Origin: a virus | Virus record (IMG/VR): IMGVR_UViG_3300032116_000025 | Strand: one strand, 5' to 3' | Length of the DNA stretch: 64,000 bases | Shown here: one piece after another, positions 56,484 to 64,000 of the stretch | Numbering within the stretch: position 1 is the stretch's first letter | How the letters are laid out: each line of letters opens with the position of its first letter | Translations under genes and position numbers: made by a program | Notes under the pieces: generated by a model | Told to the model about the DNA's origin: nothing | What the model saw: the letters and a program-made list of their open reading frames with translations, nothing else | The model's database searches: none

Positions 56484-56990
56484 TTAGTAGAATCCGATGG
56501 CCGACAGCGCGTAGTAGTCCGAGTGTACACCGCTTGGACTGGCGTCCATAATCCCCTCTACGTTCAACGACGTTTTTACGAGTCGCTTTTGCTGCTCGTA
56601 GGCGCTCTGAAACAATCCCAGCATGGACTGGATGATGGGCGCCTTGTCGTTGATGGATACGCTCAGCCCACCATCCGAAAATGGAAGGTGGTTCCTTGCG
56701 TAGAAGATCATCAGACTTTGCATCAAGCTGATGACAGTTCCCCGGACGCAGAAGCTCTGGAGATTTAGAGAAAACAGATCATCCAGAGAGTAGTTTGTCA
56801 GGTACGGGGTGCCATTAAAGTCGCTTAAAAAGTCTACGGTAGCCCAGGCAACCATGCGGTCTGAGCTTTCCTCCCCACGAATGAGGAGGTTAAGCTCAGA
56901 GAAATCGCGGGTGAACAGCCGAACGCTCTGAATGTGCGCGTTAAACGCGTCAGAGCTTGACTGCCCTAATGGCTGTAGCTGGGTAGGCAC
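56484..56990 (-). CDS. head-tail adaptor/neck protein
   Basis: position after the MCP; VRLF.RD..ELN.L...S...DFN...RNHL.FSDGG.SV. Confidence 0.55.
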   Translation of the reverse strand: MPTQLQPLGQSSSDAFNAHIQSVRLFTRDFSELNLLIRGEESSDRMVAWATVDFLSDFNGTPYLTNYSLDDLFSLNLQSFCVRGTVISLMQSLMIFYARNHLPFSDGGLSVSINDKAPIIQSMLGLFQSAYEQQKRLVKTSLNVEGIMDASPSGVHSDYYALSAIGFY

Positions 56991-57602
56991 TCAAGCGCCC
57001 TGGCTGCTCTCGAAAGATGACAGGACCGCGGTTAGCTCGCGGTTCGACATCTTGTCGTTAACGTTAAGGCCACGCTCTAAGCCGAGGGTAAGCAGAACGC
57101 GCTTGCTCTGCGTACGCCAGCCATCTGGGAGAGGCTCGTAGGCGGGAGCGGCCATCTCGGCCTCTACCTGCTCGGGCTCCTCAAGAGGAGAGCTAGTGGG
57201 TTCCGGGGCGTCATCTTCAACGGCGGGAGTCTCGACGAGAGGCTCCATTACCTCAGGCTCAGCCTGGGGAAGAACTTCAGTCTCAGGCTCCGGCTCCGGC
57301 CGATACTCCTCTGACGCCTTAACTAGCGGCTCCCCACGAACGAGAGCACGCAGCTCGTTCGGGTCTAAGTAGCGGTCCGAGTCGCTCTGAAGCCTAAGGG
57401 CTCCCCGCTCTACATGACCGATAACCTCCTCTAGGTGGTCGGCAATGTACTTCACTGAGATGGGAATCCGGCGACCTGCGCGGACTACGACATCCGCACC
57501 GATGCGGAAAGTCCGCTCACCAAAACGGTCAAGCCGACGTGCCATCTTTGTCTGCGGGTCACGTCCTGAGCCAAACGCGTAGATAACCTGGTCTTGGATC
57601 AT
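56991..57602 (-). CDS. protein with acidic linker and C-terminal Rho-N/HeH-like motif
   Basis: SKRVLLTLGLERGLNVNDKMSNRELTAVL; follows the MCP terminator. Confidence 0.5.
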   Translation of the reverse strand: MIQDQVIYAFGSGRDPQTKMARRLDRFGERTFRIGADVVVRAGRRIPISVKYIADHLEEVIGHVERGALRLQSDSDRYLDPNELRALVRGEPLVKASEEYRPEPEPETEVLPQAEPEVMEPLVETPAVEDDAPEPTSSPLEEPEQVEAEMAAPAYEPLPDGWRTQSKRVLLTLGLERGLNVNDKMSNRELTAVLSSFESSQGA

Positions 57603-57635
57603 GTGGCGCTCCTTGTTTTTTGCTTATATCAGCAC

Positions 57636-57668
57636 AAAGGGGCACCGGCACAGTAGCCGGTGCCCCTC
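57636..57668 (-). terminator. terminator downstream of the MCP
   Basis: GGGGCACCGGC/GCCGGTGCCCC hairpin followed by TTTG on the minus strand. Confidence 0.65.
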
Positions 57669-57700
57669 CGTACTGGGGTTGGGGCCGTTCCCCCTAGTTA

Positions 57701-58813
57701 TCAGAAGCTGACAACCTGCGGGTAGAACTGGCGGTTGCCCGCACGGTTGTTCTGCGCGCCCAGGTTCTCCTCGCTCACCGGCGTAACCGAGGCAAGGATC
57801 GCGTTCGCGTTCGTCGTCGGGTTCGCGTCGCCGGAGTACAGCTCCAGCTTACGAACCGAGGCGATGTTCACGATCGACATGCCAACATCCTTCCAAGCGA
57901 CAAACTTGATGATGTTGATGACCTTGTCGATGTAGAACTTGACCTGGTTGAGCACGTAGAAGCGCCCCAGGAAGTCCGGCGAGGTGAAGCAGTACACGTT
58001 GCCCGGGCGAAGGATGTCCGTCTTGATGGTACGGACATAGCGCTTGCCAAGAAGCAGGTTGTACTTGTAGCCGTTGACGACCGTCTCCGACTGGATCTTG
58101 TCGCCCTGGTCCTCGACGGTCCACTGAAGGATGTCGTTCCAGTCCTGCGACGTCATAAGGATCATGTCCGACTCTAGGCGGTTGCCGTCGAGCAGCTTCA
58201 TGAGCCGAACCACGTCGGGGCGCTGGATAGGACGAACAACCGCGTCGTTCGTGGCCGCGATACGAGCAAGCTCGCCCTTCGTGACCGAGAACTCCACGAC
58301 CGAACCCGCGCCGATGGTGGCCGCGTTGAGCGCCGTAGCGACGCCACCGTTGGCCTCCGTCTGGAGGGCCTGAACCGCGCTCTCGATGTGAATCGTGAAC
58401 TCGCGGTCCTGGATCTCGCCCAGGTCACGGACGGCGTTCTGCTCGATGACCTTCCCGATTGGGAAGGCGTAAGCAAGGAACTCCTGCTCCGGCTTCTGGA
58501 ACATCTCCGACATGATCGTGATGAAGGGAACCTCCACCTTCTCACCCCGGATGAAGTTCGCACGCGGCTCGCCACGGAACGTGACAACCATCGCGCGGCT
58601 GCGCGGCTCAAGGTACTCGATCTTCACGAGCGCGTCGTGATTGGTCGAGACCTGACACTGCGAGCGGTCGACGTTCTCGGGCGGCAGAACCCGCTCAACG
58701 AACGACGCCTCACGAAGGCGGTCCCGAATGTACCCACCGAAACGGGCAGCAATCTTGCTCTTTGCACCCGGATCGGAGAGCTGGCTGAGTAGCATCTCCT
58801 TGGCGTTCGACAT
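57701..58813 (-). CDS. major capsid protein (HK97 fold)
   Basis: 370 aa, strongly biased codons, strong SD, downstream of protease/scaffold/decoration genes; YIRDRLRE.SF..RVLPP...EIQDREF. Confidence 0.8.
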   Translation of the reverse strand: MSNAKEMLLSQLSDPGAKSKIAARFGGYIRDRLREASFVERVLPPENVDRSQCQVSTNHDALVKIEYLEPRSRAMVVTFRGEPRANFIRGEKVEVPFITIMSEMFQKPEQEFLAYAFPIGKVIEQNAVRDLGEIQDREFTIHIESAVQALQTEANGGVATALNAATIGAGSVVEFSVTKGELARIAATNDAVVRPIQRPDVVRLMKLLDGNRLESDMILMTSQDWNDILQWTVEDQGDKIQSETVVNGYKYNLLLGKRYVRTIKTDILRPGNVYCFTSPDFLGRFYVLNQVKFYIDKVINIIKFVAWKDVGMSIVNIASVRKLELYSGDANPTTNANAILASVTPVSEENLGAQNNRAGNRQFYPQVVSF

Positions 58814-58866
58814 GATGTGGTTCCTTTCCTTTCCTGGCCCTGGTTCTCTTTTGCCTTCCCTGGGGC

Positions 58867-59346
58867 TCAGGCGAAGGTCTGGATAAAGCGGAGGCGGTTA
58901 CCGTTGCTGGCCGGAAGCCGCATGACGTAACCGAGCACGATGTTAGCGCCCGCGTGAGCCACAAGGCCCCAGCGCGCCACGCTGCCCGAAAGCGCGTTGT
59001 TCACAACGCCGCCCATGAGCGCCTGGCCAAGCGTGACGACACCGACGTTGTCAAAGACAACCGTGTCCGCCTCGAAGGTCGGGCCGATGATGGCCGAGAG
59101 CTTACGCGAGGCCTGAACACCGTAGTCGCCGCGATCCTCGATAACGAAGAAGCCCGGCTTCGCGGCGTCAGTCCCGCGCGCCCACTTGTACGACGAGTTG
59201 ACCTGAACGATCTCACCGTCGATAAGGGGAACGGGCGAGGTGCCCTGGGGATTAAGCAGACCCACGTCTGCCACCTCAAGCGGCTTGCGCATAAGGCGGT
59301 CGAGGGTCGGCTGGATGATCTCGAACTTGCGATCAAACGATGCCAT
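58867..59346 (-). CDS. capsid decoration/cement protein
   Basis: 159-aa beta-rich ORF directly upstream of the MCP. Confidence 0.55.
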   Translation of the reverse strand: MASFDRKFEIIQPTLDRLMRKPLEVADVGLLNPQGTSPVPLIDGEIVQVNSSYKWARGTDAAKPGFFVIEDRGDYGVQASRKLSAIIGPTFEADTVVFDNVGVVTLGQALMGGVVNNALSGSVARWGLVAHAGANIVLGYVMRLPASNGNRLRFIQTFA

Positions 59347-59396
59347 GGTGGTTCTCTCCTAGTTGCTTTCTTTACCTAGCCTTGGCCAGCCGAGCC

Positions 59397-59801
59397 TCAG
59401 CTGTAGGCGGACATTGTCTCTACGAAACCCTCTAACACATCACCGCTGTCACCGGCGGAGTAAAGCTCCCCGCTCGAAGCCCGCTTCTCGCCCGTCTGCG
59501 GCTGCTCGACGTGCCCGAGGCGGAACCCACCCGCTGTAAGCTCAACGGCCTCTTCTACGGCCGCTAGCTTAGTGACGGGAAGCTGCGCGATCTTCGCCAC
59601 CTTCGACTCAAAGTCGAGCGCTGGCTCAATCCCGCGAACCTCCATACGGCGAGCAAGCTTCATCGTGCGAAGCTCGTGCCGAAGACCGTCGTTTTCCTCA
59701 GCAAGGCCGACGTTGGCCTCAGCTAGCTTACGCATGTGCTGCGCAGCCTCGTGAAGAACGCCGGGAACTTGCCCCGCTACCTTTGTCATCTTGTTACTCA
59801 T
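59397..59801 (-). CDS. scaffold-like head protein
   Basis: coiled coil with many KxA motifs. Confidence 0.5.
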   Translation of the reverse strand: MSNKMTKVAGQVPGVLHEAAQHMRKLAEANVGLAEENDGLRHELRTMKLARRMEVRGIEPALDFESKVAKIAQLPVTKLAAVEEAVELTAGGFRLGHVEQPQTGEKRASSGELYSAGDSGDVLEGFVETMSAYS

Positions 59802-59809
59802 GCTGTTCC

Positions 59810-59983
59810 TCACTTCCTAAGCTGCGCAAAAACCTGACCAAGATGTTTGTCGTTGGCCGATTTTACAGCGGCTACAACTTGTTGAGCGTAAGCGCGCTCG
59901 TGAGTGTCCGCGTCTGGGTCTGACGCCACCTTTACTGCGCGCTCTAAGAACGCGCGGCCAAGATCAACGTTAGGGCGAGTCAT
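59810..59983 (-). CDS. 57-aa head-module protein (not in ORF track)
   Basis: MTRPNVDLGRAFLERAVKVASDPDADTHERAYAQQVVAAVKSANDKHLGQVFAQLRK*. Confidence 0.6.
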   Translation of the reverse strand: MTRPNVDLGRAFLERAVKVASDPDADTHERAYAQQVVAAVKSANDKHLGQVFAQLRK

Positions 59984-59995
59984 CGTTCCGATTCC

Positions 59996-61654
59996 TCACT
60001 TCCTAAGCTCCGCAAGCGTTTTGCTGCTGAGAATGCGGTCTTTCAGATCTTCAGCCGCCCAGGTTACAGACTTTGCACTCCTCCTCGGGTCTAGGTACTC
60101 TATCTTGCGCCCCCCCTGCTCGATAGCATCCGCCACTCGGCGGCCCGCTGAAGCAGCACCTTCCCCGGCACTACGTACTGCTAGCCCAGCGCGCTGGACG
60201 GCTTGTCCGGTACCAGCTAGCGCGCGATCTGTAGCGGTGAGTAGGCCACGACCAGCCTTTCCGGCCAGGTGCTTTGCGGCATCCGCAACGCCCGCTTCTT
60301 TCAACCGTTCAGCGTCAATGGTGGTTAAGGCGGAGGTCTTTTCACGCGCCTTCTGCTCAAGGAAAGCACGCGCAGCCTCCCGGCGTCCACGATCCCAATC
60401 CGCGTACGCGGGCCCGCCCCAGAAGTACTTTGCGCCAGACGGCCGAGCGTTAAGAATGTCCCGAGCCGCCGACTCGGTCATCTCATTCTTGGCTTGGTGC
60501 TTTTTGTACGCCTGCTGGTACTTTTCGGACTTGAACTCAGCCTTGGCCTTCTGTTTTTCGGATAGGCCTTTGCTCTCGGCTTTCGCCTTGAGCTTCTCAA
60601 GCTTCTCCTCCCACGACTTGGCCGTCTTCTCACTTCCGCCGAAAGGGAGGCCGAGTGCTTCTCCCACAGCGTCAAGCGAGGAAACCTTCAGGCCGTCAGT
60701 ACGAAGAGTGTGGGCCGCCACGGCGTTATCCTGCCGCGGGGTCTCCGACAGATACTCAGACGTAGTGCGGACTGAGCGATCCTTCGCCTGAGCCCTGCTC
60801 ATGGCAATGAGGCCAGCGTTATCCGGAATCATGCTGGACTCGCCGGGCTCCGTGCTCATACGGAAGCTCTCGTTGTGGGCCGGAAGCTCCGGGGGAGGTG
60901 AGGAAGGGTCCTGCGCCTGCTTGTAGACCTCTTGCATGAGCGCCTCAGCCGCCTTGGTCTGGCCAAGGCGAGAAAGCAGCTCAGCCTGGGCGACCTTGGC
61001 GCGAAGAACCCGCTCCGAAGCCTCCTTGCTGCGTGTCCAGCCGGCGGTCTTGCCCGTGTTATTCGGGGGCATCTGACCGTCAAGCTTGCCCGTGTGGTCA
61101 GCCTTGCTCGTCGGAAGGTCCGAGTTGCTGAGCGACGGGCCGGAAATGCGGCCCGACACTGTAGACTGAGCGCGCGGGTGTGCAGTCTGCTCCCCGATGA
61201 ACCCGCTAGACATTACGTCTGGGCCGGGGGCGCTTAATGGCGATGTACCCGCACCCCCGGTGCCCACCGTAACGGGCGACGGGTGCGTGGAGGGATCAGT
61301 GTCCGCAGCCAGCTTTGCGACAAGGTAGGCGCTTTGCTCAAGCGCGGTCGCAAGCTTCAGCCCATAGGCGGCGTCATCCCGAATACGAAGGGCGCTCTCC
61401 TTCTTTTCATGCTCCCCGTGCTCGTGGTGCATGGAGCGCTCGTGCTCCTTCATGATCTTCTTTGCGCCCTCACGCTCCTTCTTGGAGAAGGAATCCTCCT
61501 CCGAAGCAGCGGTCTTGGCCCGGGGCTCCGCCAGCTCAGCAGCGAGGAAGTCCCCTGAGTCTACAGTCGTAGCGTCGTAGGCAGACGCAATCTTGAGGTT
61601 CCTGTCAGCGTCAGACAGGGCCGAGTTCACGATCTCGCTTAGGGACTTACCCAT
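59996..61654 (-). CDS. scaffold/internal head protein, KxA-rich
   Basis: low-complexity, charged, more than 8 KxA/S motifs. Confidence 0.55.
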   Translation of the reverse strand: MGKSLSEIVNSALSDADRNLKIASAYDATTVDSGDFLAAELAEPRAKTAASEEDSFSKKEREGAKKIMKEHERSMHHEHGEHEKKESALRIRDDAAYGLKLATALEQSAYLVAKLAADTDPSTHPSPVTVGTGGAGTSPLSAPGPDVMSSGFIGEQTAHPRAQSTVSGRISGPSLSNSDLPTSKADHTGKLDGQMPPNNTGKTAGWTRSKEASERVLRAKVAQAELLSRLGQTKAAEALMQEVYKQAQDPSSPPPELPAHNESFRMSTEPGESSMIPDNAGLIAMSRAQAKDRSVRTTSEYLSETPRQDNAVAAHTLRTDGLKVSSLDAVGEALGLPFGGSEKTAKSWEEKLEKLKAKAESKGLSEKQKAKAEFKSEKYQQAYKKHQAKNEMTESAARDILNARPSGAKYFWGGPAYADWDRGRREAARAFLEQKAREKTSALTTIDAERLKEAGVADAAKHLAGKAGRGLLTATDRALAGTGQAVQRAGLAVRSAGEGAASAGRRVADAIEQGGRKIEYLDPRRSAKSVTWAAEDLKDRILSSKTLAELRK

Positions 61655-61664
61655 GGTGCTCTCC

Positions 61665-61877
61665 TCACACTGGCGGTGATTGAATGGCTTTTTGTGAAGT
61701 GATCATGTCTGGCACGGTACCGCTTGTTGGCGGGTTGGGCTGGGAGTATTCCTGCCTGCGGCGGTTGTACCCCTCCAAAGCCCGCTGCGAGTCACCTACC
61801 CCGTAGGGCTCCATCATGGCGGACTGAGCCTCCTTGATGAAGCTGTCGATCATCTCTACGGGATAGGTGGTTCGCAT
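61665..61877 (-). CDS. small head-module protein
   Basis: 70-aa ORF; FIKEAQ. Confidence 0.5.
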   Translation of the reverse strand: MRTTYPVEMIDSFIKEAQSAMMEPYGVGDSQRALEGYNRRRQEYSQPNPPTSGTVPDMITSQKAIQSPPV

Positions 61878-61891
61878 GGGTACCTGCTAGG

Positions 61892-62800
61892 TCACTCCAC
61901 CCAGCCGCTCTCCTTAAGGATTTCAAGCGCACGGATACGCACGAGGTCGTCGTCCGACGCAACCTTGCCGGTGTCCGGGTCGATCCCGTTGTCAACGAGA
62001 GCCTGACGCGCCATCTCCAGCGCGGCCGCCTCAATCGCTGACTCCTTATCCATGTCCTGCATCATCTTGCGCTTCTGCTTCGAGCGGCCCACGCCCTTAC
62101 CGACCATGTAGGCGCCGCCGGTCGTAGCCGTGCCAAGCGCGAGGCCACCCTTGTGCTCCTTGGCGAAGTCAAGAGCCTTGTCGGTGTTGCGACCGACAAA
62201 GTCCTTAGCCTTCGACAGGCCACCCTTGATGCTCTCGTAAACGCCCTTAGCGGCCTCGGTCTTCGCGTCGCTGGCCAGCTTGTACTGCTCGTCAACAAAC
62301 GCGCGCGCCATAAGGCGGCCGATAGCGTCAGCCTCGGCGACCTTCGCCTCTACCTCGGCGTTCGCCATCTTCTCAGCCTCGTACTCCGGGCTGGTCATCG
62401 CGGCGGCCATACGGTCAAAGGCCTCGTGGTACGCCTCGCGGCTAACCTCGTTAAGGTCGATGCCGTTCGCCGCCGCGTACTTGCCAAGCTCGGCAGCAAC
62501 GTCGGCAAACGTAACGGTGTCGGGGATGCCCGCCTTCTTCTCTGAGGTCTCACGCTTCTCACGCTTCTCCGCGTGCTCCTTGCGCTCCTCCTCCTCGGAC
62601 TCAGCGGCCTCATGGTCAGCGGCGAGCTTGCTGGGCATAAGCTCAACGATAAGCTCGGCCACCTGGTCGTCTGTAAGAAGACTGAGATCCACGCCCTGAT
62701 CGAGGGCGACCTTCTCTAACACCTGGGCAGCGGTAGCCAGCTCCGCGTCAAGGTCGGTGCCCGCGGTGTCCTGCTCAAAGATCTCTCGGATATCATCCAT
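61892..62800 (-). CDS. scaffold/internal head protein, KxA-rich
   Basis: acidic helical; KVAL, KLAA, KKAG, KYAA, KMAN, KVAE, KLAS, KVAS. Confidence 0.6.
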   Translation of the reverse strand: MDDIREIFEQDTAGTDLDAELATAAQVLEKVALDQGVDLSLLTDDQVAELIVELMPSKLAADHEAAESEEEERKEHAEKREKRETSEKKAGIPDTVTFADVAAELGKYAAANGIDLNEVSREAYHEAFDRMAAAMTSPEYEAEKMANAEVEAKVAEADAIGRLMARAFVDEQYKLASDAKTEAAKGVYESIKGGLSKAKDFVGRNTDKALDFAKEHKGGLALGTATTGGAYMVGKGVGRSKQKRKMMQDMDKESAIEAAALEMARQALVDNGIDPDTGKVASDDDLVRIRALEILKESGWVE

Positions 62801-62868
62801 GGTTGTCTCCGTATCTCTCTACCTGTAGATCCTTTGGTCCTCGGCGGCGCGGAGCTGCCTATAAAGGA

Positions 62869-64000
62869 TCAAACCATCAGCCCCGCTTTGCCGAAAAGGT
62901 GCTCCGCAGCCTGCACCAAACTACTTGTCTTGTCGACTAGCATAGTTTGACGGAGGGCAGCTCCAATGGTGTGCATCGCTTCAAACGAGCCGTTGTCTGC
63001 GATGAGTTTAGCCATTTTGCTGATCTGGGATCCCTCTTCGCCAGAGCGACGAAGATGCGATGAAATAAACTGTATCATAGGCCCGTGACCTAGGAGAAGT
63101 TCTCCGAGGTCCGGTTCAACCTGCGCACCCTCAGCTCCGGAGAGTAAGTCTAGGTCCAGATACTCTGCGGACTTTGGGAATAGAGAATGCGCCTGTTCTA
63201 GTACAGAAATTCGGTAGCCGTTGTACATCTCCGCAACCTTGTTTAGGAGCGGAGCGTTCAACTCTACGCGCCGAGATGAAGCAAGCTTTGGCCCGCTCTC
63301 AGACATGCGGCGCATGAGGAACGGGTCGAAGCTTGAACGCTCGTCCATTAGGGCGGAAAAAGCCGAAGCAAGCTTGGCGTCGTAGTGTTGAGGAGAAACT
63401 GCGTATGTGTTGTCTACGCCAGGGGCTCGGGTGTCGAACGTAGCGTTACGCTCGTCCAACGCCTTCTTGAGCAGATCGCCACCCTCCATCCCCGGCAACA
63501 CCAAAGACTGGAACTCTCCGGGGGTAGGAATGATGCCAAGAGCAGCGAGGGTGGACAGCACCTTTCGTGGGTCAGAGCCCGACCCACGAACAATAACGCT
63601 CATGCTCAGCTCTGGCGTGGTGTCCGCATCCCTAAACGCGGCCTCAGAAACGCCGCCAGGGATTTCCTTCTCAATCATCGAACGCTTTGTCGATGCGTGA
63701 GACACCTTAGCCGAAAGCATGTTGAGGAGTTTCTCCAGCATACCGGCTGGAGGCCCTAAGCGCGGGGCAGACACTGGAGCATCTGGAGAGGACAGATGCC
63801 ACATCACGCGGGCCGTTCGGTCTGCGCCAATCCAAACGAAGCTAATGTCAAAGAAGCGGGGGAAGTCGTTGTACACGAAGACCTTGCGGCCATCCGGGTA
63901 CACCTTCCCGCCCTCGTTGATCATGTGCTGGCAGTAGTCAACCTTAGTCACCGCCAAGCCCCGGATCGGCCGGACCTTTCGGTGGTACTCAAGGATTGCG
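62869..64000 (-). CDS. prohead maturation protease (5' end beyond the window)
   Basis: frame is open to the window edge; YCQHM...PDGRKV...N..PRFFDISFV..GAD..A resembles the C-terminal part of phage prohead proteases; upstream of scaffold and MCP. Confidence 0.7.
   Translation of the reverse strand, partial: AILEYHRKVRPIRGLAVTKVDYCQHMINEGGKVYPDGRKVFVYNDFPRFFDISFVWIGADRTARVMWHLSSPDAPVSAPRLGPPAGMLEKLLNMLSAKVSHASTKRSMIEKEIPGGVSEAAFRDADTTPELSMSVIVRGSGSDPRKVLSTLAALGIIPTPGEFQSLVLPGMEGGDLLKKALDERNATFDTRAPGVDNTYAVSPQHYDAKLASAFSALMDERSSFDPFLMRRMSESGPKLASSRRVELNAPLLNKVAEMYNGYRISVLEQAHSLFPKSAEYLDLDLLSGAEGAQVEPDLGELLLGHGPMIQFISSHLRRSGEEGSQISKMAKLIADNGSFEAMHTIGAALRQTMLVDKTSSLVQAAEHLFGKAGLMV

Noticed and set aside
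57701-58813. Encapsulin operon (HK97 shell plus ferritin-like cargo)
   Set aside because: The context includes protease, neck, sheath and tube genes, so it is a phage capsid; the analogy is kept only for the cargo finding.
59806-60009. 18-bp repeat AGCTTAGGAAGTGAGGAA at the ends of two consecutive genes
   Set aside because: Explained as a shared LRK-stop plus SD junction; too short to support a separate element.
1-64000. CRISPR array, integrase/transposase, introns/inteins, rRNA
   Set aside because: No regularly spaced repeats and no recognisable recombinase, intein or rRNA signatures were seen.
1-64000. Stop-codon recoding (TAG is frequent in the DNA)
   Set aside because: Known enzymes and structural genes are full length in the standard code, several genes end at TAG next to terminators, and no suppressor tRNA is present.

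Overview
The window is a 64-kb slice of a large, GC-rich, contractile-tailed (myovirus-type, probably jumbo) dsDNA bacteriophage genome; the host cannot be read from the sequence. Region 1-32 kb is mostly on the minus strand: dense small hypothetical genes plus nucleotide and repair enzymes (ATP-dependent DNA ligase, RNase HII, ThyX, dCTP deaminase, Nmad1-like protein, two DEDDh exonucleases, a P-loop kinase). Region 32-45 kb is mostly on the plus strand: small cassettes with their own promoters and terminators, a PARP-like ADP-ribosyltransferase and a tRNA cluster. Region 45-64 kb is a minus-strand virion module: prohead protease (cut by the window edge), scaffold-like/internal head proteins, decoration protein, major capsid protein, neck, tail completion, sheath and tube. 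The window has ten tRNAs; all have U34 anticodons, none encodes CCA, and one is a rare tRNA-Ile(UAU). Most notable observations: (1) a recurring K-x-A/S motif punctuates the head-module proteins and brackets enzyme domains (ferritin-like, permuted NlpC/P60, InPase), suggesting a protease-processed capsid-cargo polyprotein system; (2) two compact, highly structured non-tRNA RNAs sit between tRNA genes; (3) six terminator hairpins share a conserved 2-nt pyrimidine bulge; (4) an 18-copy phage promoter motif, CCTAT(A/C)AG, is present; (5) a symmetric TAGTAAG array lies at the divergence point. All protein calls come from motif recognition by eye; no database searches were run.
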